Below are positions 1 through 10,807 of a stretch of DNA of 64,000 bases, one piece after another (the stretch's first letter is position 1; the number at the start of each line of letters is the position of its first letter). Origin of the DNA: an uncultured bacterium (lineage in GTDB: Bacteria; Zixibacteria; MSB-5A5; CAIYYT01); NCBI GenBank assembly GCA_963726455.1, contig CAVSCK010000004.1, forward strand, positions 1,834,641 through 1,898,640, in the 5' to 3' direction. The translations under genes and the position numbers were made by a program. The notes beneath the pieces are model-generated. The model searched no databases. It saw only the letters and a program-made list of their open reading frames with translations, and was not told the origin of the DNA.

Positions 1-1
1 C

Positions 2-487
2 GGCTATTTCGGCAGATACCTCTACCTGCAGATTCCCCGTAACATCCAGGGAAACGTCCTAAGCTTGCAGGAGCTGGAGGAAAGTAATCGCGTCCTCAAT
101 GCCACATTAGTCGAGGAATATCAGCTCAGCCCGGAATTGATCACCAAGCTCGACAGTCTGGCCGATGTGCAGATTCCACAAACCGCCGGGCTATGGCACG
201 CGCTGGGTTTGACCCTGGCAAGCGACGTACGCTGGTGGTTTACCAAGCGACGATTCAGAAAAGAATACGCACAATCTTTGGCTCTGCCCAGGAGCAAACA
301 GCGGCAGTTGATGCGCGTGACTAGTGAACGCACCCAGCTTCGCCGCCGCATTGCTCTGTTGAGCCGAATACAGCAACTGTTCCACTACTGGTATGTGCTA
401 CACAAACCATTTGCGATCATCATGTACATTGTGATGTCGATACACATTACGGTCGCAGTCTGGACGGGGTATGCATGGGTTTTTTGA
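2..487 (+). CDS. Inner-membrane protein associated with the multiheme cytochrome cluster (5'-truncated by window edge), possible heme-b/quinone-interacting subunit
   Basis: Frame is open from base 2 (GYFGRYLYLQIPR...). C-terminal LFHYWYVLHKPFAIIMYIVMSIHI is a TM segment with His residues. Stop overlaps the start of the next gene. Confidence 0.7.
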   Translation, partial: GYFGRYLYLQIPRNIQGNVLSLQELEESNRVLNATLVEEYQLSPELITKLDSLADVQIPQTAGLWHALGLTLASDVRWWFTKRRFRKEYAQSLALPRSKQRQLMRVTSERTQLRRRIALLSRIQQLFHYWYVLHKPFAIIMYIVMSIHITVAVWTGYAWVF

Positions 488-2214
488 GGAGTTGGGCAGG
501 AACTCACGCACATCTCACGGGATCGAAGCCACCTCTCGTCCTGCTGGTGGCAGTAGTACTATTATGTGGAACAAACCGCAGCTTTGCCCAGCTTTCGCCG
601 GGCCCGCTTTTTCGATCTCATGCGTCCCTCGAGGGCGTTGAGAACTGTCAGAAGTGTCACGACCCAAATCAGGAGAAAGCACCTGGAAAGTGCCTCTCCT
701 GCCATAAGGAGATTGCTGCAGAAATGGATCGCCATGACGGTCTGCACGGGAAGCAGAATTATCGCGAATGCCGGGATTGTCATGTCGAGCATCAGGGTGT
801 TGACGTTGAACTGGTCTACTGGAAAGACGGAATGCATAACTTCGATCACAATTTGACCGGATATACACTGGAAGGCAAGCACGCCACCCTTAAGTGCCGT
901 GATTGCCACGTAGCGAAGAATATCGCCGATAAAACAGCCCTGGCAGAGGCGGAGAAGGATCTCACTAGGACGTTCCTTGGCCTGGATCCGCGTTGCCTGA
1001 CTTGCCACGCCGACGAACATCATGGTCAGTTGGCTGCCACCTGCGCTAATTGCCACAATTACTCCGCCTGGAAACCGGCCCCCACGTTCGATCACGCCAA
1101 GGCGAAATACGTCCTGACCGGCAAACATCTACAGGTAAAGTGTGATAAGTGTCATTTGCCGATCCCCGACAGCACTCAGGTAAACCAAAAGAATTATGCT
1201 CACTATACCGGTTTGAAATTTCAGAAGTGCATTGACTGCCACAAAGACGCCCATGACGGACGGCTTGGCACTGATTGCGAAAAGTGCCACAATCCCGACG
1301 GCTGGGGAGTCACGCAACTCGCAAAATTCGATCATAGCAAGACGCGCTACCCGCTGCTGGGTCTGCACGGTCAGTTGACTTGTGACAAGTGCCACAAGCG
1401 GGGTGAACCTGTCAAGGGACTCCATTACCAGAAGTGTCTCGACTGCCATACTGATATTCATCTGGGCGAATTCGCCGACCGCCCCCAGAAAGGTGCTTGC
1501 GAAGAATGCCATTCGGTGAAAGGGTTCAAGTTCACCAGCTTCACGCTGGAGATGCATCAACAGACCAAGTACAAGTTGCAGGGCTCGCACCAGGCCGTCA
1601 GCTGTGACCTTTGCCATAGCAAGACGACGCCGGTCGCCAAGGCAACAGGCAAGAGGTTCACTTTCAATTCGACCCGCTGCTCCGTATGTCATTCAGACGT
1701 TCATAAGAACGCCCTTGATAAATTCGTATCAGTGGACGGGTGTGAGCTGTGCCATGACGTCGCCGGTTGGCGTACCGTCAAGTTTGACCATAGCCGTACG
1801 AAATTCGCGCTTGAAGGGAAGCATATTGGCATTGTCTGCCGTGATTGCCACAACGGAAAAGATAAGAAAGTTCCGGTCGAGCAACTCAAATGGGCCGGCG
1901 TTTCACGCAAATGCGAAGACTGCCATAAGGACAACCATCACGATCAATTTTCTCAAGTCGCTAAGATGGCTGACTCAACTTCATCATATTGCGAGCGCTG
2001 CCATACCGTCAAGGCCTGGACCGGGGAAAAATTCAACCACAACAGAGATTCGCAATTCAAACTGGAAGGCGCGCACCAGAAAGTTGCCTGCGCCGGTTGC
2101 CACAAGAAGGTGCAGGAGGGTGAAGTGACATTCGTGCGCTATAAGCCGCTGTCATCCGCCTGCAAGAGCTGTCATGCGGAAGGCACTCTCGAGGAAAAGG
2201 GGAAAACCTTATGA
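475..2214 (+). CDS. Periplasmic multiheme cytochrome c, 20 CxxCH motifs
   Basis: Signal peptide (..SFA/QLSPG). 20 CxxCH counted by hand. Repeating FDH..T.F.L.G.H motifs. Lys-rich. Confidence 0.93.
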   Translation: MGFLRSWAGTHAHLTGSKPPLVLLVAVVLLCGTNRSFAQLSPGPLFRSHASLEGVENCQKCHDPNQEKAPGKCLSCHKEIAAEMDRHDGLHGKQNYRECRDCHVEHQGVDVELVYWKDGMHNFDHNLTGYTLEGKHATLKCRDCHVAKNIADKTALAEAEKDLTRTFLGLDPRCLTCHADEHHGQLAATCANCHNYSAWKPAPTFDHAKAKYVLTGKHLQVKCDKCHLPIPDSTQVNQKNYAHYTGLKFQKCIDCHKDAHDGRLGTDCEKCHNPDGWGVTQLAKFDHSKTRYPLLGLHGQLTCDKCHKRGEPVKGLHYQKCLDCHTDIHLGEFADRPQKGACEECHSVKGFKFTSFTLEMHQQTKYKLQGSHQAVSCDLCHSKTTPVAKATGKRFTFNSTRCSVCHSDVHKNALDKFVSVDGCELCHDVAGWRTVKFDHSRTKFALEGKHIGIVCRDCHNGKDKKVPVEQLKWAGVSRKCEDCHKDNHHDQFSQVAKMADSTSSYCERCHTVKAWTGEKFNHNRDSQFKLEGAHQKVACAGCHKKVQEGEVTFVRYKPLSSACKSCHAEGTLEEKGKTL

Positions 2215-5200
2215 AGCGATTTACACTCGGTTTGATAGCGGTACTGATTCTGGTAGCGGGCGTAACTGTGGTAAGCCAGCAGCCGCCCAAGAACCCACAC
2301 GGCCAGTTGAAATGGGATTGCCAGGTGTGCCATACGCCGCAATCGTGGTCCACGATGCGCGAGCCGATGACTTTCGATCATAACGAGACCGGATTCGCTC
2401 TTATCGGCAGGCACCGCACTGCGGCATGCAGCGGCTGCCACAAGGATTTACACTTTGCCAAAGTCGAACAGACCTGCGTGAAGTGTCATAACGATGTTCA
2501 TCGCGGCCAGATGGGCGCCTCCTGCCAGGATTGCCATACTTCAGAAAACTGGCAGAACCGTCAGGACGTGTTCAATCTTCACTCTCAGAATGGATTCCTG
2601 CTGTCCGGAGTGCATGCCATCACCGATTGTGAGGCCTGCCACAAAAACGAACCGGGCAAAGAATTCTCTGCTGTCTCGACCGAGTGCGAAGCGTGCCATG
2701 CCTCAACTTATGCCGCTACCCAGAACCCCAATCACGCCCAGGCAGGGTTCCCATTGCATTGCGCCTCCTGCCACGAGGCGGAACTCATGGCCTGGCGAAC
2801 TGTCAAGTTCGATCATTCCGCGACGTTCCCATTAATCGGCGGCCACAGCCGTGCGGTTTGCTCTGACTGCCACAAGGGTCAGCTTACGGCGGCACCAGTA
2901 AGGATTGCTTCAGTTGCCATGAAGCCAGTTTCGCCAGCGCCAACGATCCAAATCACGTGAAAGGCAGTTACGACCATGATTGCAAGGGCTGCCACACAAT
3001 CCAGGCCTGGAAACCGGCAACCGTTGATCACAATGCCACTCGTTTTCCACTGACAGGCGCACACGCGACTGTTTCCTGTGATAAGTGCCACACGAACGGA
3101 TTTACCGGCACAACAACCGCCTGCTACGACTGTCATCAGGACAAGTTTACTTCGGTGGCAGACCCTAATCATGTCACGAACAATTTTAATCACGAATGCA
3201 CTAAGTGCCACACGACAGCGGCATGGAAGCCCGCGACCTTCGACCACGCCGGAACTACTTTTCCGTTAACCGGTGCTCATGCGGCCGCGTCCTGCATCGC
3301 CTGTCACAGCTGCCGGCTATGTGAACACGCCGACCGCGTGCTATAGCTGCCACCAGGACAAGTTTACCTCAGTGACCGATCCGAACCACGTCACCGGGAA
3401 TTTCGATCATAACTGCACGATTTGCCATTCAACCACTGCCTGGTCACCGGCAACTTTCGATCACAGCAAGACCACCTTCCCGTTGACGGGAGCGCATCAG
3501 ACGACCACTTGCGCCGCTTGTCACACTTCGGGTTACACTACAACGTCGACCGCTTGTTACAGTTGCCATCAGGACAAATTCGTGGGCGCCAAGGATCCGG
3601 ATCACGTGGCCGGCAATTTTGATCATGTATGTTCAAAATGCCATTCGACAACGGCATGGTCACCCGCGACTTTCGACCACAATCAAACGCAATTCCCACT
3701 GACCGGAAAACATGTGGGTGTCGCTTGTCAGTCCTGCCACACAACCGGCTACGTCAACACTCCGACCGACTGCTATAGTTGCCACCAGCAGCAATATGTC
3801 AACGTGACTGATCCTAATCATGTCGCCAACAACTACAGCCACGACTGCACTAAATGCCATTCTACGTCCGGCTGGGGCAACGATTCATTTGATCATAACG
3901 TTACGGCCTTCCCCTTAACAGGCGCTCACACTACGGTGACATGTGCCACTTGCCACACCAGCGGCTACTCAAATACACCGTCGGATTGCTATAGCTGCCA
4001 CCAGACCAAATTCACCTCCGTGGCCGATCCAAACCATGTCACTAACAATTACAGCCACACCTGCTCGACTTGTCACACGACGACTGACTGGGTCACCGTG
4101 ACATTCGACCATAGTATCACTCCTTTTGCGTTGACCGGCGCACACGTGCCTTTGACCTGCTCCGCCTGTCACACCTCCGGCTTTGCCAATACGCCGAGCA
4201 CCTGCTACGGATGTCATCAGAGTACGTTCACCGGAGTTACCGACCCGAACCACGTGTCCGGCAATTACAGCCATACCTGCACCCAGTGCCATACGACATC
4301 GGCCTGGAAACCGGCGACCTTCGATCATTCGGGTACACCTTTCCCGCTGACCGGGGCGCATACAACAGCTTCCTGTACCGGATGTCATGCGAACGGTTTC
4401 GCCGGAACTCCAACCGCCTGTTATAGCTGTCACCAGGATAAATTCACATCAGTAGTCGATCCCAACCACGTGACCGGAAACTTCGATCACACTTGCACGA
4501 AGTGCCATTCTACCTCGGTCTGGAAGCCGGCGACGTTCGATCATTCGCAGTCAGTCTTTCCTCTGACCGGAAAACATACGACCGTCACCTGCACGGCTTG
4601 CCACACGAACGGCTTTACATCGACTCCGACTGACTGCTATAGCTGTCACCAAACCGTGTATACGTCGGCGACAAACCCGAATCACGTGCAAAACAACTTC
4701 GGCCAGGACTGCACAATTTGCCACAATACTACTGCCTGGCAGCCGTCAACTTTCAATCACAGTTCCACGGCTTTCCCGTTGACCGGCGCACACGCCAATG
4801 TGACGTCTTGCGTAACCTGCCATGCTTCCGGTTACGTAAGTACTTCGACGGCCTGTTACTCGTGCCATGCGACCGACTTCACGGGAGCCACCGATCCAAA
4901 CCACGTGACCAACAATTACGATCACAATTGCTCCAAGTGCCACAGCACCATATCGTGGGCCTCAGCGACGTTCGATCACAGTACCACCGGTTTTGCCCTG
5001 GTGGGTAAGCACATTGGGTTAACGTGTGTCTCCTGTCATTCGGCGGGCTATGTCGGCACTTCGCCGTTGTGCTATTCTTGTCACGAAACCGCGTTCACGG
5101 GCGCCACCAGTCCCAACCACGTGCAGAATCTCTTTGACCATGATTGCACTAAGTGCCATAACGCCAACGGCTGGACTCCGTCGACCTTCAATCACGCGTC

Positions 5201-7346
5201 GACAACGTTCCCGCTGACCGGAGCACATACAAGTCTGACTTGTATCTCCTGCCACGCATCCGGATATGTGAACACTCCGAAGGATTGCTACTCCTGCCAT
5301 CAAACGACATACACAGGGGTGACGGATCCCAATCATGTAGCGCTCAATTACAGTCATGATTGCACGCAGTGTCACAGCACGACATCCTGGTCAGGGGCCA
5401 CGTTCGATCACAGTACCACCGGCTTTGCCCTGACCGGCAAACATATCGGAGTCACGTGTCTCACCTGTCACACATCTGGCTACGCCGGAACCTCTCCGGC
5501 CTGCTACTCCTGCCACCAGACGGCGTTTACCGGTGCGGCAACTCCGAGCCACACTACGAACAACTTCGATCACGACTGCACGATCTGCCATAACACGAGC
5601 GGCTGGACACCGTCCACCTTTAACCATGCGACGTCGCCGTTCCCGCTAACCGGTGCACATACAAGTTTGACTTGTATCTCCTGCCACACTACGGGGTATG
5701 TTAATACACCTACTGACTGCTATGCGTGTCACCAGACTAATTTCACCGGCACGACGAATCCTCCGCATGTCAGCAACAACTTCAGCCATACGTGCACGAC
5801 TTGCCACACCACAACGGCCTGGTCACCGGCTACTTTCAATCATGCGACGACGACCTTCCCGCTAACCGGAGCGCACACAACGGCGACTTGCATTTCCTGC
5901 CACTCCGCCGGATATGTGAACACACCGACTGATTGCTATGCCTGCCACCAGACTAATTTCACCGGCACGACGAATCCGCCGCATGTCAGCAATAATTTCA
6001 GCCATACTTGCACGACGTGCCATACGACGACGGCCTGGTCGCCGGCTACTTTCAATCATGCGACGACTTCCTTCCCGCTGACCGGTGCACACACAACGGC
6101 GACTTGTATCTCTTGCCACTCCGCCGGATATGTGAATACACCGACCGATTGTTACACCTGTCATCTAGCCAATTTCACCGGCACGACGAATCCGCCGCAT
6201 GTCAGCAACAACTTCAGCCATACTTGCACGACCTGCCATAGTACAACCGCCTGGTCTCCGTCAACCTTCAATCACGCGACGACGGCGTTCCCATTGACGG
6301 GCGCACACGTCAGTCTGACCTGCATTTCCTGCCATGCATCCGGATACACTAGTACACCAACTGATTGTTACGCTTGCCACCAGACTGACTTCACAGGTGC
6401 AACGAGTCCGGCGCATGTCAGCAACAATTTCAGCCATACCTGTACGACCTGCCATAGTACAACCGCCTGGTCACCGTCAACCTTCAATCACGCGACGACG
6501 GCGTTCCCATTGACAGGCGCACATGTAAGTCTGACTTGTATTTCCTGCCATGCATCCGGATACACAAGTACGCCGACTGATTGTTACTCTTGTCATCAGG
6601 CGGCCTTCACCGGAGTCACCGACCCAAATCACGTGACCAACAACTTCAGTCACACCTGTACAACCTGTCACAGTACGACTGCCTGGTCTCCGGCCACGTT
6701 CAACCACAGCACCACAGTGTTCCCGCTTACCGGCGCGCATGTGAGTGCGACCTGTATTTCGTGTCATGCGTCGGGCTACGCCAATACACCGACGGCCTGC
6801 AATTCCTGCCACCACAGCGCTTTTACCGGCGCTACAAATCCAAACCATACGTCGGCCGGCTTCGCAACGACCTGTAACACGTGCCACACGACAACGGCGT
6901 GGGTGCCTTCAACCTGGAGCCATACTACTACCGGTTTTGCACTCACGGGCGGCCATGGCGGCTTGCAGTGCATTTCCTGCCATGCCAACGGCTACACGAC
7001 GACCTTGCCTGCTTGTTACAGTTGCCATCAGGCCGACTACAACGGTACTACCAATCCTAACCATGTGGCAGCTCAGTTTCCGACAACGTGCCAGAATTGT
7101 CATAGCACGACCAATTGGACATCGACGACCTGGAATCATGATTCACAGTACTTCCCGATATATTCCGGCCATCACCAGGGACGCTGGGACGTTTGCTCAG
7201 ACTGTCACACCAATGCGAGTAATTTCGCCGTATTCTCTTGCATAACGGGCTGCCATTCGCAGTCGAGCACGAACTCAGATCACAGCAGTGTAAACAACTA
7301 CCAGTACAACAGCAATTCCTGCTATAGCTGTCACCCGCGTGGCTGA
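2211..7346 (+). CDS. Giant multiheme cytochrome c (~1710 aa, 69 CxxCH + 1 CxxxCH), broken by two frameshifts at ~2877-2885 and ~3308-3311
   Basis: ORFs 2211-2960, 2957-3346 and 3273-7346 join in repeat register: CSDCHKGQ / YGGTSKDCFSCH...CIACHS / AGYVNTPTACYSCH. Sec signal peptide. ATGA overlap with the upstream gene. Confidence 0.9.
2885..7140 (+). repeat. Intragenic tandem repeat, 216-nt (72-aa) triheme unit, about 20 copies
   Basis: Unit CYxCH-x20-CxxCH-x27-CxxCH-x10. The string aatttcaccggcacgacgaatcc recurs at 216-nt spacing around 5740, 5955 and 6170. Confidence 0.9.
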
Positions 7347-7370
7347 GCACATTAAGGAGCTTTGACATAC

Positions 7371-8999
7371 ATGATGAAGCATCACTGGATTTCGCAGGGC
7401 AGATTGCTGATACTACTTGCATCGGTTGTGTTGCTGGTATGGGGGAGTCTGATTGCTAATCCCAGCCGAACTCTGAAAGTCACCTACGTTTCTACGGAGT
7501 ATGTCTATGTTGACGGCGGTACGGCCGATGGCTTGACTACTGGAACGCACCTGACGATTGTCCAGAAAGACTCTGTGCTCGCGGAACTTGAGGTCGCATT
7601 TTCGTCGGAGCGTTCGGCGGCCTGCCGCATCATAACGGCAGCGACCGAGATCAAGGCCGGCATGACCGTCACCTCTCCCGGTGCTCCGGATCAGGACACC
7701 ACTGCCACGGCGAAGCCGGCGGACACAACTGCAGCCGTTGCCCAACCCGCTCCGGCGCCAGTCACTGTTCCGCGCGTGACCCCGACGATCACCGGCAGCG
7801 TCTCCGTTATCTTCGACCAATCAATTGACAACACCGCCTTCGGCAATAACCTCACGCAATCAACCGGACGGCTCAACCTGCGAGGCCGGCACATCGGCGG
7901 CCATGACATAAGTTTCTCGATTCAGATGCGGGCGCGTCATGATCAGCGCAGCCGCCCGTTTCTGAACGACGTCGGTCGGAACGCCTGGGTGAACCGTTTG
8001 TATGAATTCTATGTGTCCTATGACGCCAAAGATGCTCCGGTCAATTTCTATGCCGGCCGCATTCCAATTAGACGCGTCGGCAGCGTCGGCTTTGTCGACG
8101 GACTCCTGGTGGAGAATCGAATCGCGGGATCACTGAGATCCGGATTCTATGGCGGCGCGCAATCCAAGTGGCAGTACGCCGACCAAACTACGTCACTACA
8201 AAAATACGGCACGTACCTCAACTATTCGTCCGGCAGCTACGCCACGAACATGCTCGATCTCACGCTCGCCTTGTCCGGGGAATACCATTCGGCCACGGCC
8301 AGCCGTGAATTGGTATACTCACAGGGCCGATTCAACCGGGGCGACCGGTTCTATATCAGCGCGATCACCGAAGTAGATGTCAACCGTGGTTGGCGAATGC
8401 AGAAAGTTGGCCGCACATTTTCTTTGTCCAGCGTTTATCTGGACTCCCGGTTGAAATTGACCAATCGCCTGGCAACCGGTTTGAGCTATGACAGCCGGGA
8501 GAATTACTGGACCTACGACATTCGCACTCTGCGCGACAGTCTGTTCGACAGCCATCTGCGCCAGGGCTTACGCGCCCGGGTCGATTACCGACTGTTCAAC
8601 GGCTACTTCGCCTCCGCCAATGTCGGAACTAATCGCCGCAACGGCGACCCCGGTCAGAGCAATTCCTACGGGTTCAGTTTGAGCAAGGGCGCTTTTCTTT
8701 TCCGCCGATCAGACGTGAATCTGCAGTATTCGGCTTTCTCGGGCCTGGGACAGAGTGGCGACAATTTCTCGGCGCGTCTCGGCAGTTCATTCCTCACGCG
8801 AAACTATGTGAGCGTCGGCTATGGATTCTATCGTTTCCGCTGGTCTTCAGCTGTACCGCTGCGTACGAATACATGGCTGGAATTGTCGACGCGGCTGGAA
8901 TTTCTCAAGAACTTTTTCCTCTATGGTCTGTTTCAAGAGAATACGGGGGACGACATTAAAGGACATCGAGTGCAGTTGGAACTCGGTCATTCACTTTAA
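7371..8999 (+). CDS. Outer-membrane beta-barrel (porin of a porin-cytochrome conduit) with N-terminal soluble domain and Pro/Thr/Ala linker
   Basis: AAGGAG RBS and signal peptide. Alternating amphipathic strands rich in Y/F/G/S/R. Terminal strand HRVQLELGHSL. Lies directly after the cytochromes. Alternative TTG start at 7362. Confidence 0.72.
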   Translation: MMKHHWISQGRLLILLASVVLLVWGSLIANPSRTLKVTYVSTEYVYVDGGTADGLTTGTHLTIVQKDSVLAELEVAFSSERSAACRIITAATEIKAGMTVTSPGAPDQDTTATAKPADTTAAVAQPAPAPVTVPRVTPTITGSVSVIFDQSIDNTAFGNNLTQSTGRLNLRGRHIGGHDISFSIQMRARHDQRSRPFLNDVGRNAWVNRLYEFYVSYDAKDAPVNFYAGRIPIRRVGSVGFVDGLLVENRIAGSLRSGFYGGAQSKWQYADQTTSLQKYGTYLNYSSGSYATNMLDLTLALSGEYHSATASRELVYSQGRFNRGDRFYISAITEVDVNRGWRMQKVGRTFSLSSVYLDSRLKLTNRLATGLSYDSRENYWTYDIRTLRDSLFDSHLRQGLRARVDYRLFNGYFASANVGTNRRNGDPGQSNSYGFSLSKGAFLFRRSDVNLQYSAFSGLGQSGDNFSARLGSSFLTRNYVSVGYGFYRFRWSSAVPLRTNTWLELSTRLEFLKNFFLYGLFQENTGDDIKGHRVQLELGHSL

Positions 9000-9043
9000 C
9001 TGTCTTGTTCGCCGGTTAGCGGTGGACGAAGGATCGAAAAGTA

Positions 9044-10384
9044 ATGGAAAGAATTCTCATCTGGGCTGCGGCCGGACTTATGATACTGGCGATTTTCTTG
9101 CCCTATTTCGTTCGCTTTCGCCGCGACCACCGCAAGATGCTGCACCAGAAACTGGAAGCTCAATCGCTGGGAATAGATCGCGCTAAAGCTCAATACCCGA
9201 TGATTGACGCCAGATACTGCATCGGCTGCGGCTCCTGTGCCGCCGCTTGTCCGGAAGGCGATGTCCTGGGCGTCGTGCACGGAACGGCAACAATCATTAA
9301 CGGGGAAAGATGTATCGGCCACGGCGCTTGCGAGCGAGTCTGCCCGGTGGGCGCTCTTAAAGTCGGCTTAGGCGATATCTCGAGCCGTCCCGACATTCCG
9401 ATCCTCTCTGACGACAACGAAACATCCGTCCCAGGAATGTATATCGCGGGAGAACTGAGCGGCCTTTCTCTGATCCGCAATGCCATCGATCAGGGCAAGA
9501 AGGTCGTAGACGCCATCGCCCAGAATCCCAAAAATTCCTCAAAGAACAGGATGTTTGATGTGATCATCGTGGGCGCCGGTCCGGCGGGGCTGAGTGCCGC
9601 CTTAACAGCTATTAAGAACCGTCTCAGCTATCTGGTGATAGATGAATTCGATGTCGGCGGGACGATTCTTCATTACCCGCATCGCAAACTGGTCATGACT
9701 CAGCCGGTGGAAATCCCTCCCTATGGCTGGCTAACCGAAGAAGAATACTCCAAGGAAACTCTGCTCGGCATCTGGACTGATATCGTTACCCAGTACGGTA
9801 TCAAGGTCTGCGCCGGTCAGAAGGTCGCCCAGGTGGTCAAGGAAGACGGTGTATTTGAAGTACGTACGCAAAACGATACGTATACCTCAAGTTACGTGGT
9901 GTTGGCTCTGGGTCGCCGCGGTACGCCACGCAAGTTGGAAGTTGCGGGCGAGGAAATGCCCAAGGTAATGTATAAGCTGATCGATGCCCGCTCCTATACC
10001 AACATGGATTTACTGGTTGTGGGTGGTGGCGACAGCGCAATCGAAGCTGCTGTTGGACTCTCGCGCCAGCCGGGCAACCGCGTAAGTATCTCGTATCGCA
10101 AGAGCAGTTTCTTCCGAGTAAAGAAGAAAAACGAACTCGCCATTACTGAGCTGATTCGTAAGGGAACCGTCACCCCGATATGGGATTCTGCGGTTCAGGA
10201 AGTTAAGGCAAAAAGCGTAGCCCTGAAGACCAAGAACGGCCCCATCGAAATTGCGAATGACTTTGTCTTCGTGCTCATTGGTGGCATTCCTCCCTTTGAT
10301 ATGCTCAAACAGATGGGTATCAAATTCGGTGGCGAGCCACACGCTGAAAAGACCCCTGTAAAGGAACTGGTCAAAGCCAGTTGA
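9044..10384 (+). CDS. Membrane-anchored 2x[4Fe-4S] + FAD/NAD(P)H oxidoreductase (TrxR/YpdA-like fold)
   Basis: N-terminal TM helix. CIGCGSCAAACP and CIGHGACERVCP. VIIVGAGPAG FAD motif. VVGGGDSAIEAA and SYRK NAD(P)H motifs. Confidence 0.88.
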   Translation: MERILIWAAAGLMILAIFLPYFVRFRRDHRKMLHQKLEAQSLGIDRAKAQYPMIDARYCIGCGSCAAACPEGDVLGVVHGTATIINGERCIGHGACERVCPVGALKVGLGDISSRPDIPILSDDNETSVPGMYIAGELSGLSLIRNAIDQGKKVVDAIAQNPKNSSKNRMFDVIIVGAGPAGLSAALTAIKNRLSYLVIDEFDVGGTILHYPHRKLVMTQPVEIPPYGWLTEEEYSKETLLGIWTDIVTQYGIKVCAGQKVAQVVKEDGVFEVRTQNDTYTSSYVVLALGRRGTPRKLEVAGEEMPKVMYKLIDARSYTNMDLLVVGGGDSAIEAAVGLSRQPGNRVSISYRKSSFFRVKKKNELAITELIRKGTVTPIWDSAVQEVKAKSVALKTKNGPIEIANDFVFVLIGGIPPFDMLKQMGIKFGGEPHAEKTPVKELVKAS

Positions 10385-10592
10385 CTTCCATGTAGGCGAG
10401 CCGCCCCTATCCGGCGGTATCCTGCCGCCAGAATCGCTGTCAAGTTCCTTGCTTCGTCTATAAATCCTGGGCGCAAGCGCAATCCAGACCAATCGACTCC
10501 CGTATTCTATCGCCTTTCCATTGGCGCCAAGGCAAACCGCAGTGCCGAATCGACAATTGGCCTTTCCAGCACGCCCCCAATCGAATTCCCGC

Positions 10593-10622
10593 TTGACTTT
10601 TCATTAAACAACTTGATACCTT
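10593..10622 (+). promoter_or_regulatory. Sigma70-like promoter candidate for the HYR-protein gene
   Basis: TTGACT-N18-TACCTT with a TG extension, ~185 nt upstream of ATG 10808. Confidence 0.35.
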
Positions 10623-10807
10623 CGTCCACAGCTTAAGTACTGCCGTATGGTCTACTTGTTTGGGCAGGAATTGAAGTAGCAGAAAGGTCCATATTTATCC
10701 GTCGCGGTAGCTCCACGCATTCCGGGAGGAATAGCCGGGGCGAATCGCCGATCATCGGATATTGTCGTCGACAAAAACATCAAATCAAATTTTCAGTGGA
10801 GGTAAAC

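Noticed and set aside
2957-3346. Separate 129-aa cytochrome gene
   Set aside because: No RBS or signal peptide, and heme motifs continue upstream in the same frame to ~2885. It is the middle piece of the frameshifted giant gene.
2885-7140. Regular repeats as a possible CRISPR array or non-coding repeat
   Set aside because: The period is 216 nt, in frame, and encodes heme motifs. There is no repeat-spacer structure and no cas gene.
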